A stretch of 32,000 bases of DNA from Coprobacillaceae bacterium (GTDB lineage Bacteria > Bacillota_I > Bacilli_A > Erysipelotrichales > Coprobacillaceae). This document shows positions 17,559-26,266 of the stretch, piece by piece. Within the stretch, counting starts at the first letter, position 1. Each line of letters opens with the position of its first letter. The position numbers and the translations under genes are program-made. Where the stretch lies: positions 2,400,001 to 2,432,000 of the forward strand of contig OY776328.1 in assembly GCA_963675515.1 (NCBI GenBank), given 5' to 3'. Under the pieces are notes generated by a model. The model saw nothing but the letters and a program-made list of their open reading frames with translations, made no database searches and was not told the DNA's origin.

Positions 17559-19751
17559 CTAAATTTGATTATACGGATTGAAGTCGACAATCACATGCAC
17601 ACTGCGGTCGCCTGAATATTTGCTTACAATGTTTTGCAAAGGGGGATAGATCAACTGGGAATCCTTGAATTTGACCATGATCCAGTAGCGGAAATGGTCA
17701 TCAATGCGGTAAATGAGTGACGGGGCGGGTCCGAGTACCTCCAGCCCGGAAGTCTTTTTGAGATATCCGGCTATTAGCTGGCTTTGCCTTTTGGCATTGG
17801 ATTCGTCCTTGGACGAAACAAGAACGCTGGCGAGATGGACAAAGGGTGGATAATTGGCCTTTTTCCTGATTGCCATCTCCTGGACGAAAAACCCGTGGTA
17901 ATCGTGGTTTTTGACTGCCTGGTAAACGGGATGGTCTGGATCGTAGGTCTGGATGATCACTTCCCCTTCTTTTTGGTCGCGCCCGGCCCGACCGGAAACC
18001 TGTTCAAGCAGGACGAAGCACCGTTCATTCGCCCTGAAGTCCGGAAGATTCAAGGTGGCGTCACCGTTGAGCACTCCAACCAGGGTCACATCCTTGAAAT
18101 CGAGACCTTTGGCGATCATCTGGGTTCCCAGCAGGATGTTGCCTTCCTTGTTGCCAAACTGATCGAGGATTTTCTGGTGGCCATCCTTGTTGCGGGTACT
18201 ATCGACATCGAAGCGGAGCACCTTGGCTCCGTCAAATTCGCCTTCTATTTGCTCAGCCACCTTCTGGGTGCCTTCTCCAATCAGTTTCAATGATTTGCTC
18301 CCACAATCAGGGCAGCTTCCCTGGAAATCGACCTGATAGTCGCAGTAATGGCATTTTAGCTTGTTTTGGGCCTTATGATAGGTCAAAGAGACATCGCAGT
18401 GGGGACATCTGATGACTTGTCCGCAGCTCAAACACTGGATAGTCGAGGCATAACCCCGCTTGTTGAGAAGCAGGATCACCTGGAGACCATTGGCGATTGT
18501 CGTCTGGATTTTCTCTTTGAGCAGCCTTGAGAAGATGCTGTAGTTCTTGTTTTTGAGCTCTCCTTTCATATCGACCATGGTGATTGATGGAAGCGCCCTG
18601 CCGTTGATCCGGTTTTTAAGTTCGTAAAGGTCGTAGACTCCGTTTTTCGCCCGGGCATAGCTTTCCAAAGAAGGTGTTGCCGAACCCAAAACCAGGGGGC
18701 AACTATGGTGTCTCGAACGCATCTTGGCGATATTCAAGGTGTTGTATCGGGGGCTTTTGGCATCCTGCTTGTAGCTGCCATCATGTTCCTCATCCATGAC
18801 GATCAGACCGATATTTTCCAAAGGCGCGAAGATGGCCGAACGGGCTCCCACGACCACATCAACCTCCTGGTTGGCAATCCGGCGGTATTCATCGTAACGC
18901 TGGCCGCTTGTCAGCCTCGAGTGGATGACCGCGACATTGTGGCCAAACCGGCTCTTGAACGCCTTGACCATCATCGGGGTCAGGGCGATTTCCGGGACAA
19001 GCATGATTACCTGGCGGCCTGATCTGATTGTTTCTCCCGCCAAAGCCAGGTAGACTTCCGTCTTTCCCGAACCGGTGACGCCATGGATAAGTGCCGTGAA
19101 GCTGGTGTTTGCCTTATTCTCTATCGCTTTTACAATGGCGTCCTGGTCGCTGGAGAGTTCCGGGGCTGGGGCGTTTTCAATCTCCCCGGCGGAAACTTCG
19201 CGGTAGATTTCCTCTTTTTCCTTGACCACCAGATCGAGGGCGACCAGCCGGTCGACAATCCCGGTAGAATAGGGGAAATCTGTCAGTTTCATCTTGCCTT
19301 TTCGCCCGATCAGTGCGTATGCCTCCTGCTGCTTTGGAGTCAGTTTTGCCGGAGGATTTCCAGTGACACTTAGCATCAGCTGGTATTTTTTCCCAACGGC
19401 CTTTGATGTCGCCGGTTTTAGCTGCTTGGGCAGCATTGTCTGGATGCAGGCGATCCTGCTTGAAAAGCTTTGCCGCGCCAACGAGAAAGCGATGTTTTCA
19501 AGTTCCTCGTTGAGCAGCGGCGATTCGTCAACGACGCCTTTTATATAGCTCAGCCGGTAGCCGAACTGATCCTCCAGCTCGGATTTGGTCAGGTCGGTCT
19601 TTTTTACATACGTAACATAACCGATGACATTGCGGCGGTTGAACAGGATATTGACCCTGACCCGAGGTTTGACTTCCCGGTCACTGAGATAGTTGAATTC
19701 CTCATTCAAAGCCAGGGCAGGCATCTCGACAAGCACTTTCACTATATGCAT
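17559..19751 (-). CDS. priA: primosomal replication-restart helicase PriA
   Basis: Walker A GVTGSGKTEVY, DEEHD box and a zinc-binding Cys cluster (CLSCGQVIRCPHC...CHYC...CPDCGS). The track TTG start lies inside the SD; I use the ATG at 19751, 5 nt after GGAGG. Confidence 0.9.
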   Translation of the reverse strand: MHIVKVLVEMPALALNEEFNYLSDREVKPRVRVNILFNRRNVIGYVTYVKKTDLTKSELEDQFGYRLSYIKGVVDESPLLNEELENIAFSLARQSFSSRIACIQTMLPKQLKPATSKAVGKKYQLMLSVTGNPPAKLTPKQQEAYALIGRKGKMKLTDFPYSTGIVDRLVALDLVVKEKEEIYREVSAGEIENAPAPELSSDQDAIVKAIENKANTSFTALIHGVTGSGKTEVYLALAGETIRSGRQVIMLVPEIALTPMMVKAFKSRFGHNVAVIHSRLTSGQRYDEYRRIANQEVDVVVGARSAIFAPLENIGLIVMDEEHDGSYKQDAKSPRYNTLNIAKMRSRHHSCPLVLGSATPSLESYARAKNGVYDLYELKNRINGRALPSITMVDMKGELKNKNYSIFSRLLKEKIQTTIANGLQVILLLNKRGYASTIQCLSCGQVIRCPHCDVSLTYHKAQNKLKCHYCDYQVDFQGSCPDCGSKSLKLIGEGTQKVAEQIEGEFDGAKVLRFDVDSTRNKDGHQKILDQFGNKEGNILLGTQMIAKGLDFKDVTLVGVLNGDATLNLPDFRANERCFVLLEQVSGRAGRDQKEGEVIIQTYDPDHPVYQAVKNHDYHGFFVQEMAIRKKANYPPFVHLASVLVSSKDESNAKRQSQLIAGYLKKTSGLEVLGPAPSLIYRIDDHFRYWIMVKFKDSQLIYPPLQNIVSKYSGDRSVHVIVDFNPYNQI

Positions 19752-19769
19752 AAATACCTCCAAATAATC

Positions 19770-19795
19770 AAAAAAGGTAATTGAAAATAATTACC
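19770..19795 (-). terminator. weak hairpin plus T6 between gmk and priA (possible partial terminator)
   Basis: Minus strand: GGTAATT-auuuuc-AATTACC followed by TTTTTT. The gmk stop lies inside the stem. The stem is only 7 bp and AT-rich, so the call is low confidence. Confidence 0.25.
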
Positions 19796-20348
19796 CTTGT
19801 GCCTTTAAAATATCTTCTATTTCTTGAGCTGCTTGTTCAACAGTATTATTAACGACTACGTACTTGTACTCATCTTTAGTCGCCAGTTCCTTGGCCGCCT
19901 TGGACAACCGGGCTTGAACAACTTCCTCTTTTTCCGTCCGGCGTCCCCGAATGCGCCGTTCCAGTTCATCAAGGCTTGGAGGCACCAGGAAGATCGTCAG
20001 AGCCTCAGGGCATTTCGCCATTACCTGCAAAGCCCCCTGGACTTCGATTTCCAACAGGACATTTATACCTTTATTAAGAAGTGAATCTACATAAGCTTTT
20101 GGTGTTCCATACTTGTTTCCCACAAATTCCGCCCATTCGAGCAATTCGCCTTGTTCAACCTTTTGATCGAATTCATCGTTGGAAACAAAAAAATAATCGA
20201 CCCCGTCTTGTTCGTTTGGGCGTGGCTGCCGCGTTGTCATCGAAATCGAGTAACCGAGGTTCAACGATTCGTTTTCAAAAAGTTTGGCGCGAACAGTGCC
20301 TTTGCCTACCCCACTAGGGCCACTTAAAATAATTAATTTTCCACTCAT
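19791..20348 (-). CDS. gmk: guanylate kinase
   Basis: P-loop LSGPSGVGKGT, TTRQPRPNE and VDYFFVS motifs. The track TTG start is extended; I use the ATG at 20348, 9 nt after AAAGGAG. Confidence 0.9.
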   Translation of the reverse strand: MSGKLIILSGPSGVGKGTVRAKLFENESLNLGYSISMTTRQPRPNEQDGVDYFFVSNDEFDQKVEQGELLEWAEFVGNKYGTPKAYVDSLLNKGINVLLEIEVQGALQVMAKCPEALTIFLVPPSLDELERRIRGRRTEKEEVVQARLSKAAKELATKDEYKYVVVNNTVEQAAQEIEDILKAQG

Positions 20349-20373
20349 GCATGTACACTCCTTTATCGCCCTA

Positions 20374-20402
20374 ATTTTATCTAAAATATATGTTAATGTC
20401 AA
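20374..20402 (-). promoter_or_regulatory. sigma-A-type promoter of the gmk-to-thiN gene block
   Basis: Minus strand: TTGACA (20402-20397), 17-nt spacer, TAAAAT (20379-20374). Confidence 0.55.
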
Positions 20403-20511
20403 ATATTTTTACAGAATCTGAAGATAGCGTTAATAAGGAACAGTATATTTAAAATTTTCGCTTGTTTCATTTGGGTTGGAGCTGTGCTATACTGTTCATG
20501 GTGATAAATAT

Positions 20512-22158
20512 ATGGTATATGATGGAATATTGATGAGTCGAGTCATCAATCAAATAAACAACACTCTGATAGGTGGCCGGATCAACCGGATCTACCAGAT
20601 TTCAGCTTACGAATTATTAATAACGATCCGGGCCAACCGCCAGAATCACAAGCTGTTGCTTTCGTGTCATCCGATGTATGCACGGTTGCAGCTGACTAAT
20701 CTTGATTTCGCGAAGCCCCAAAGCCCAAGTCACATGACGATGCTTTTTCGCAAGCATCTCGAGGGCGGCTATCTTACAAAAATTGAACAGGTCGGGCTGG
20801 ACCGCATTGCCAGGCTGGATTTTTCGGCTTTCAACGAACTAGGCGACAAGGTCAATTTTTTCATGTATGTCGAGATAATGGGTCGGCATTCGAACATCAC
20901 CCTGTGTGATGACAACCACAAGATCATCGATTGCCTCAAACGGATTTCCCCTTCAATGAATACAACCCGCATCCTGCAGCCCGGTGCCAATTACCAGCTG
21001 CCACCGCTCCAGGACAAGGTCGATCCTTTTTCAGGCGATCTTATCGAGACCAACAACCTGACCAAGACATATTCGGGATTCTCGCCCGAACTTTCCCGGG
21101 AAATTCTTTTCCGGATCGACCAGGGAGAGAGCTTCAAAACGGTAATGGAAGCCATCTCCAAATCAGAAAATATCTACATCTGCAAGGATGAATCCCAAAA
21201 GGAACACTTCCATGTCATTCCCTTGACAACGGTCGCAACTGCATGCAAATCCTATTCTCTTAGCGCCGGTTTGGATGAATACTTCGGCTTTATCGACCAG
21301 AAGGAGCGCATCAAGCAACAGACGGCAAATCTGGAAAAATTCGTTTCCAACGAGTATCAAAAAAACAAGACCAAGCTGGCCAAACTCGAACAGGAGCTTG
21401 AAAACAGCTACAACTCCGATGAATATCGGATTATCGGCGACCTTATCTACTCCAATCTCCATCTGATCAAAAAGGGGATGAGCAAGGTTGTCCTTGAAAA
21501 CTATTATGACAACAGCCAGATAACGGTGACGCTCGATCCAAAGCTCGATGGCAAGGGCAACGGCCGGAAGTACTACAACAAGTACCAGAAGGCAAAAAAC
21601 GCCAAGGACCACCTAGTTGAGCAGATCGAACTGACCAGAGGCGAGATCGAATATTTCGACAGCGTCACAACCTTGCTTGCAAACGCCAGCTACGTTGACG
21701 CCCTGGAGATAAAAGAAGAGCTGGAATCGCTTGGCTACCTTAAGGCGCGCAACAGACAAAACGCCAAGAAAAACAAGAAGCCCCAGTACACGACCCATTT
21801 CACAAAAGATGGCATCGAAATCAACATCGGCAAAAACAACCTTCAAAACGATTATCTCACTTTCAAGTACGCGTCGCGGTTCGACCACTGGTTCCACGTC
21901 AAGGACATTCCGGGATCGCACATAATCGTCCACAGCGAAAATCCCGACGAATACACAATCCGCCTCGCCGCAAACCTGGCCGCTTATTACTCGAAGGCGC
22001 GCAATTCGTCTTCGGTTCCGGTCAACTACACCCTTGTAAAAAACCTGAAAAAACCTGGCGGTTCCAAACCAGGTCAGGTCATCCTTTCAACTTACAAGAC
22101 TATCTATATCGACCCTGACGAGACCCAGGTCAAGGAGTTCGAAAATGGATCCGATTAA
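20512..22158 (+). CDS. rqcH: ribosome quality-control factor RqcH (NFACT family; FbpA/YloA-like)
   Basis: NFACT-N start (MVYDGILM...RINRIYQ), central coiled coil and an NFACT-R/DUF814 motif (WFHVKDIPGSHIIV). The track TTG start is extended; I use the ATG at 20512, downstream of a TGCTATACT extended -10 element. Confidence 0.85.
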   Translation: MVYDGILMSRVINQINNTLIGGRINRIYQISAYELLITIRANRQNHKLLLSCHPMYARLQLTNLDFAKPQSPSHMTMLFRKHLEGGYLTKIEQVGLDRIARLDFSAFNELGDKVNFFMYVEIMGRHSNITLCDDNHKIIDCLKRISPSMNTTRILQPGANYQLPPLQDKVDPFSGDLIETNNLTKTYSGFSPELSREILFRIDQGESFKTVMEAISKSENIYICKDESQKEHFHVIPLTTVATACKSYSLSAGLDEYFGFIDQKERIKQQTANLEKFVSNEYQKNKTKLAKLEQELENSYNSDEYRIIGDLIYSNLHLIKKGMSKVVLENYYDNSQITVTLDPKLDGKGNGRKYYNKYQKAKNAKDHLVEQIELTRGEIEYFDSVTTLLANASYVDALEIKEELESLGYLKARNRQNAKKNKKPQYTTHFTKDGIEINIGKNNLQNDYLTFKYASRFDHWFHVKDIPGSHIIVHSENPDEYTIRLAANLAAYYSKARNSSSVPVNYTLVKNLKKPGGSKPGQVILSTYKTIYIDPDETQVKEFENGSD

Positions 22159-22876
22159 ATATGTCAGCCTGCACCCTGATGTGATTGTCGGAACAACAAC
22201 AAAGGGCCTGGGTTCCTGTCACCTGGAAAACGGTTCGCTGGCATGCCGGCATGAACTGGCCAGGGAATTGGGCGTGGCCCCTGAGCGACTTGTGGCCCCC
22301 ATCCAGAAACACACCTGCAACAGCGTAGTGGTCTTCAACGACCACAAAGGAACCAACGTGACGGCTAATTTCGGGCGCCTCGATGGAATCGATGTGACAA
22401 TCACCCAGGATGATCTGGTCCTGCTTAGTTTCCATGCCGATTGCACTCCGGTGATGATCTATTGCGCCCACAGGAGAATCATCGCTTCGATCCATTCAGG
22501 CTGGAAAGGGACAGTCGGTGAAATCACCTCCAAGGTTGTTTCGCGGCTGATAAGCGAATTCCACGCGGATCCAAAAGCCATCTACGCTTACATCGGTCCT
22601 TCTTTGGGATATGGCCACCTTGAGGTCCAGGACGACGTGATTTCCCAGGTCAAAAAGATGAGCTTCGACACGAGCGGGTATTATCGAAGGACTGACCAGA
22701 CCCACTATCTTTTAGACAACAAAGGTCTCAACCAGGCCCAGTTGCTCAAGCTCGGTGTCCCTTTGGCCAATATAACCGTATCTTCATTCGACACATTCGA
22801 CAACAACGATCTTTTCAGCTCCCACCGTAAAAACCGCGATGGCAGCCGCAATGTGACGTTCATCAAATTCAAATAA
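22145..22876 (+). CDS. pgeF: YfiH/PgeF (DUF152, laccase-domain / purine nucleoside-processing) family protein
   Basis: FHADCTPV and HSGWKGT motifs with a C-terminal SSHR segment. AAGGAG lies 7 nt before the ATG. The ORF overlaps the rqcH 3' end by 14 nt. Confidence 0.8.
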   Translation: MDPIKYVSLHPDVIVGTTTKGLGSCHLENGSLACRHELARELGVAPERLVAPIQKHTCNSVVVFNDHKGTNVTANFGRLDGIDVTITQDDLVLLSFHADCTPVMIYCAHRRIIASIHSGWKGTVGEITSKVVSRLISEFHADPKAIYAYIGPSLGYGHLEVQDDVISQVKKMSFDTSGYYRRTDQTHYLLDNKGLNQAQLLKLGVPLANITVSSFDTFDNNDLFSSHRKNRDGSRNVTFIKFK

Positions 22877-22879
22877 CTC

Positions 22880-22922
22880 AAAAGCCGGATGGGAATCCAA
22901 TTGATTCCTGTCCGGCTTTTTT
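22880..22922. terminator. long hairpin terminator between convergent pgeF and nnr
   Basis: AAAAGCCGGA ... TCCGGCTTTT outer stem (10 bp) with an inner GGAATC/GATTCC stem, flanked by T-runs and A-runs. Confidence 0.65.
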
Positions 22923-22924
22923 CA

Positions 22925-24409
22925 TTAGCCTGTATTTGACTGGCGGTCTTCCAGTTGTTTCAATACATTTGGTATCATATCGATGACCATGCCGGCAGTG
23001 GCCATATAGTTGCTTGCCGCCACCTTGTCCCCGGCCAGCCCATGGATGAATGTCGCCATCCAGGCGGCGACAAGAGGTTCGTACCCCTGTCCTAGAAACG
23101 AGGAAAGTATTCCCGCCAGAACATCTCCGCTTCCGGCGGTGGCCATGGCCGGGTTCCCGGTGGAGTTGCGGTAGACTCTGTTGCCATCGGTAACGATCGT
23201 ATTGGGTCCTTTCAAAACGAGAATAACCCGGTTTCTCTTCGCAAATTCGACTGCGGTTGCCATCACATCACCGTATTCGTCGATATCGCAAAAACGCCTG
23301 AATTCTCCCATATGGGGTGTCAGGATCACCGGAACCCTGATGTGTTTCAAAACTTCCTGGCGCTTGGCGAGGATTGTCAGGCCGTCGCCATCGACAACGA
23401 CCGGCACTCTGGCATACTCCAGGACGGAGAATGTCGTTTTGATCGATTCGAGCGATATCCCCAGCCCGCTGCCAACGAGGATGGCATCATATTTGGCCAG
23501 GCCTCTTTCCATGCCGGTTTCATTTTGAAAATCGAAGATGACCTCGGGAGCATGGGCGCAAATCGCCTGCTCCACTTCCGGAATTGTGCTTACCGCCACA
23601 ATCCCGCTGCCGCTTAAAAGTGCCGCCTTGGCAGCGAGCACGCCGGCCCCGCGATATTTGGAGGAACCTGTAAAATGGACCACCAGTCCGTTTCTGTGCT
23701 TGTAATCGTCATAGCCGCGCTTTTTCAAAGCCTTGACAACCTGGCTGGCATCAAGAATTTTCGCGAACCCCAGCCGTTCATGCATGCCTGGGACATCCAG
23801 ATATTCCATGACGATCTTTCCGGTGAAAACCTCGCTCTTAGGATTCAAGAACGACTGTTTCAAGGCGGTCAGAGTGACCGTCATATCCGCTTTGACAATG
23901 GGATTGTCACGCATGAAAGTGTCGCAATACATGCCACTGGGAATGTCGATTGCAACGATTGGATTGGAGCACTTTTCATTCAGGTATTCCACCACCTGTT
24001 CATAAACTCCCGTCACTGGTTTGTTCAAGCCAAAACCGAACATGCAGTCGACAATGGCATCATACAAACCGATTTCCTCTTGAAATGAGGCCATCGTATC
24101 CTGGCTCACAGATGCAATAGGAACCCCAAACTGGCTGGCCTGGTCCAGGTAATACCGGTTGGCCTGGGAAAGCTGGTCGGCAAAACAGTAAAACTGGACT
24201 TCCTTCTTGTCCCGGGCCAGTTTCAAACCTAGGCTCAGACCGTCGGCGCCGTTGTTTCCCGGACCGATCAAAAAAGCGTACGACTGATGGCCGTGAAGAT
24301 GTTTATACAAGGCGTCGCTGGCAAGATCAACCAATTCTTCGATTGTGTTGCCCTGGTCCAGCAGTGCTTGATCATATTCCATAAAATTTTTCTTTGTTCC
24401 CACATACAT
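22925..24409 (-). CDS. nnr: bifunctional NAD(P)H-hydrate repair enzyme Nnr (epimerase + ADP-dependent dehydratase)
   Basis: YjeF_N motif GPGNNGADG and a C-terminal carbohydrate-kinase domain with GSGDVLAG. The track GTG start lies in the SD; I use the ATG at 24409, 5 nt after GAGGTGA. Confidence 0.85.
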   Translation of the reverse strand: MYVGTKKNFMEYDQALLDQGNTIEELVDLASDALYKHLHGHQSYAFLIGPGNNGADGLSLGLKLARDKKEVQFYCFADQLSQANRYYLDQASQFGVPIASVSQDTMASFQEEIGLYDAIVDCMFGFGLNKPVTGVYEQVVEYLNEKCSNPIVAIDIPSGMYCDTFMRDNPIVKADMTVTLTALKQSFLNPKSEVFTGKIVMEYLDVPGMHERLGFAKILDASQVVKALKKRGYDDYKHRNGLVVHFTGSSKYRGAGVLAAKAALLSGSGIVAVSTIPEVEQAICAHAPEVIFDFQNETGMERGLAKYDAILVGSGLGISLESIKTTFSVLEYARVPVVVDGDGLTILAKRQEVLKHIRVPVILTPHMGEFRRFCDIDEYGDVMATAVEFAKRNRVILVLKGPNTIVTDGNRVYRNSTGNPAMATAGSGDVLAGILSSFLGQGYEPLVAAWMATFIHGLAGDKVAASNYMATAGMVIDMIPNVLKQLEDRQSNTG

Positions 24410-24446
24410 AAAATTCACCTCGTCTTATTCTAGCATAGCTTTGTTC

Positions 24447-24496
24447 CAAAAAACACAAAAGGTTTGTTTTCCCGGGAATTACCGAAAAAACAAACC
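24447..24496 (-). terminator. Rho-independent terminator of the NlpC/P60 gene
   Basis: Minus strand: GGTTTGTTTT ... AAAACAAACC 10-bp stem, followed by TTTTGTGTTTTTT. Confidence 0.7.
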
Positions 24497-24505
24497 AAAT
24501 TGACA

Positions 24506-25933
24506 TTAATATCTTACAGCACAGCTAAATGAGTAGATTCCAGAATCAACGCGGACATAGGCACCGGTATGGGGCGCATGGATATAAGAGTTGCCTCCCA
24601 TATAGATCGCCACGTGGCCTGATCGCCACAGGATATCACCGGGACGGGCCTGCGAGATTGCAATGACAGTTCCGCCGGTTTTCTGGGCAGTTGAAGTTCT
24701 AGGGATCGTCTTTCCGTTTTGTCGGTATACCCACTGCGTGAATCCGGAACAGTCAAAGTAGTTTGGTCCCGTAGCACCATAACGGTATGGTGTGCCGATT
24801 TTGCTTAAAGCGACATCGACGATGCTGTTGCCGGTCGCACTGGAATATGTGACTGGAGCCAAAACCCGGACTTTCAGTTGGGCAGTAGCCTTGTTTCCGG
24901 CCTCATCACTCACCAGGTAAGTGACGGTTTTTGTCCCGGCACTGGCAGTGGAAATGGTATTGTAGCTGACTACGTCAACCAGATCGCCATCCCTGTTGTC
25001 AGTGGCGCTTGTTATATATGATGACAGTGTCAGCTTGTCGTTTTTCTCCACTGTGATCGTGCTGTTTTTCAATTTCAGGGTTGGAGCCTGGTTGTCTTCG
25101 ACCACAAATGTGATTGTCGCTTTGGTCTGATTTTCCGAGCTGTCGGTCACCACAATCTCAACAGACTGGGTTTCCTGATATTTTTTTACATCGACACTGC
25201 CGGTTGTCTCAACCTTCAATTTGCTGTCGAAATTGTCGGTAGCTTTGAAATAGTCGTTGAGATTGAAACTCTGGTTGTATTCCAGAACGACATTCTGCCC
25301 TTTTGGCAGTTCGATTTTTGGAGCCTGGGTGTCAGTAACATTGAAAGTGTATGTCGCTGTAGCCACATTGGCTGAACTGTCGGATACGCTAAGATCAAGA
25401 GTCTGAAGACCCAGTTTGCTTGTATCAAGTCCAGTCGAGCATTCGATGAATGGAGTGACGTCGCCATCGACATCATCGTTTGCCATAATGTAATTGCCAA
25501 GATCATTGCTTCCCTTTACTGGAACATTGATCACATAACCCTGGATATCCCCAAGAGCACTTATCGCGGGAGCACTCAGGTCGACAACATTTACAGTCAC
25601 TTCCTTTTGCGCCTCATTGTTGAATGAGTCGGTAGCAATAACGTTTATCGTATATGAACCAAGTTGGTTGACGTTCAAATTGTTTTCATCGATCACGATA
25701 TCGATCGCGCCAGATTCATCGCGATTATCGGATACGGAAATCATGTCAGCGCTCAATGTTCCCTGGTATACCAGATCAATGGCATTGGTTTCAATCACAG
25801 GCGCAACTTTGTCGATTGCCGCAGCACCGACAAGCATGAAAGTCGAAACGCATACCAAAGGAAGGAACATCGCTTTTCGAGCGATAACTTTCTCTTCAAG
25901 ATAATTCTTAATTCGCATTAATTTACCGGCCAT
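24506..25933 (-). CDS. secreted/anchored cell-wall hydrolase: four Ig-like (DUF5011-type) repeats + C-terminal NlpC/P60 domain
   Basis: N-terminal hydrophobic anchor (AMFLPLVCVSTFMLVGAAA). Four repeats each start with an (A/Q)AP-x-I/L motif and contain D-x-x-D-G/S. The C-terminal catalytic motifs are FDCSGFTQWVY, GHVAIYMG and HAPHTG. I use the ATG at 25933, 6 nt after GGAGGG. Confidence 0.85.
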   Translation of the reverse strand: MAGKLMRIKNYLEEKVIARKAMFLPLVCVSTFMLVGAAAIDKVAPVIETNAIDLVYQGTLSADMISVSDNRDESGAIDIVIDENNLNVNQLGSYTINVIATDSFNNEAQKEVTVNVVDLSAPAISALGDIQGYVINVPVKGSNDLGNYIMANDDVDGDVTPFIECSTGLDTSKLGLQTLDLSVSDSSANVATATYTFNVTDTQAPKIELPKGQNVVLEYNQSFNLNDYFKATDNFDSKLKVETTGSVDVKKYQETQSVEIVVTDSSENQTKATITFVVEDNQAPTLKLKNSTITVEKNDKLTLSSYITSATDNRDGDLVDVVSYNTISTASAGTKTVTYLVSDEAGNKATAQLKVRVLAPVTYSSATGNSIVDVALSKIGTPYRYGATGPNYFDCSGFTQWVYRQNGKTIPRTSTAQKTGGTVIAISQARPGDILWRSGHVAIYMGGNSYIHAPHTGAYVRVDSGIYSFSCAVRY

Positions 25934-26219
25934 ACAGTGCCCTCCATAAATAATCGATGCCATTATTATACTATCTTGAAACATAAAAATCCACAACAAA
26001 TCACAAATTTCTCGACTTTTAACAAATGAAAAGGTTTCCATTTTGTGAAATTGCGCAACATTGCCTGTATTGGTAACGTTTACAAATTTACATGTAGCTT
26101 AATTTGCATTATTTCTTGCGCAATAAATTGATATATGGGCATTAACTTGTTTGTCAAATTCCGAAATTGTTGCCAATGTGTAAAATCAGGCTTACATATG
26201 ACTTTAAATTGGAATTTTT

Positions 26220-26248
26220 TTGATATTTTCCTGTCAATTTGGTAGTAT
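26220..26248 (+). promoter_or_regulatory. candidate promoter of the phosphoesterase gene
   Basis: TTGATA (26220-26225), 17-nt spacer, TAGTAT (26243-26248). SD AAAGGAG lies at 26254-26260. Confidence 0.5.
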
Positions 26249-26266
26249 TAAGAAAAGGAGTAATAT

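Noticed and set aside
21163-21612. 149-aa and 106-aa minus-strand ORFs opposite rqcH (21163-21933), a 121-aa ORF opposite pgeF (22130-22495), and ORFs opposite nnr, the NlpC/P60 gene, the yfcE-like gene, nagA, orf134 and uppP (23181-24088, 24514-25921, 26234-26587, 26636-27216, 27307-27984, 28044-28247, 28481-29255)
   Set aside because: Same reasoning: each is antisense or out-of-frame within a confidently identified gene.
25934-26219. c-di-AMP (ydaO-type) or other riboswitch in the long 5' region of the NlpC/P60 hydrolase gene
   Set aside because: A TATAAT box lies at about 25959-25964 (minus strand), suggesting a short leader. The upstream sequence is AT-rich, and I saw none of the conserved ydaO helices or ACG-rich cores. 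This is unverified without a CM search.
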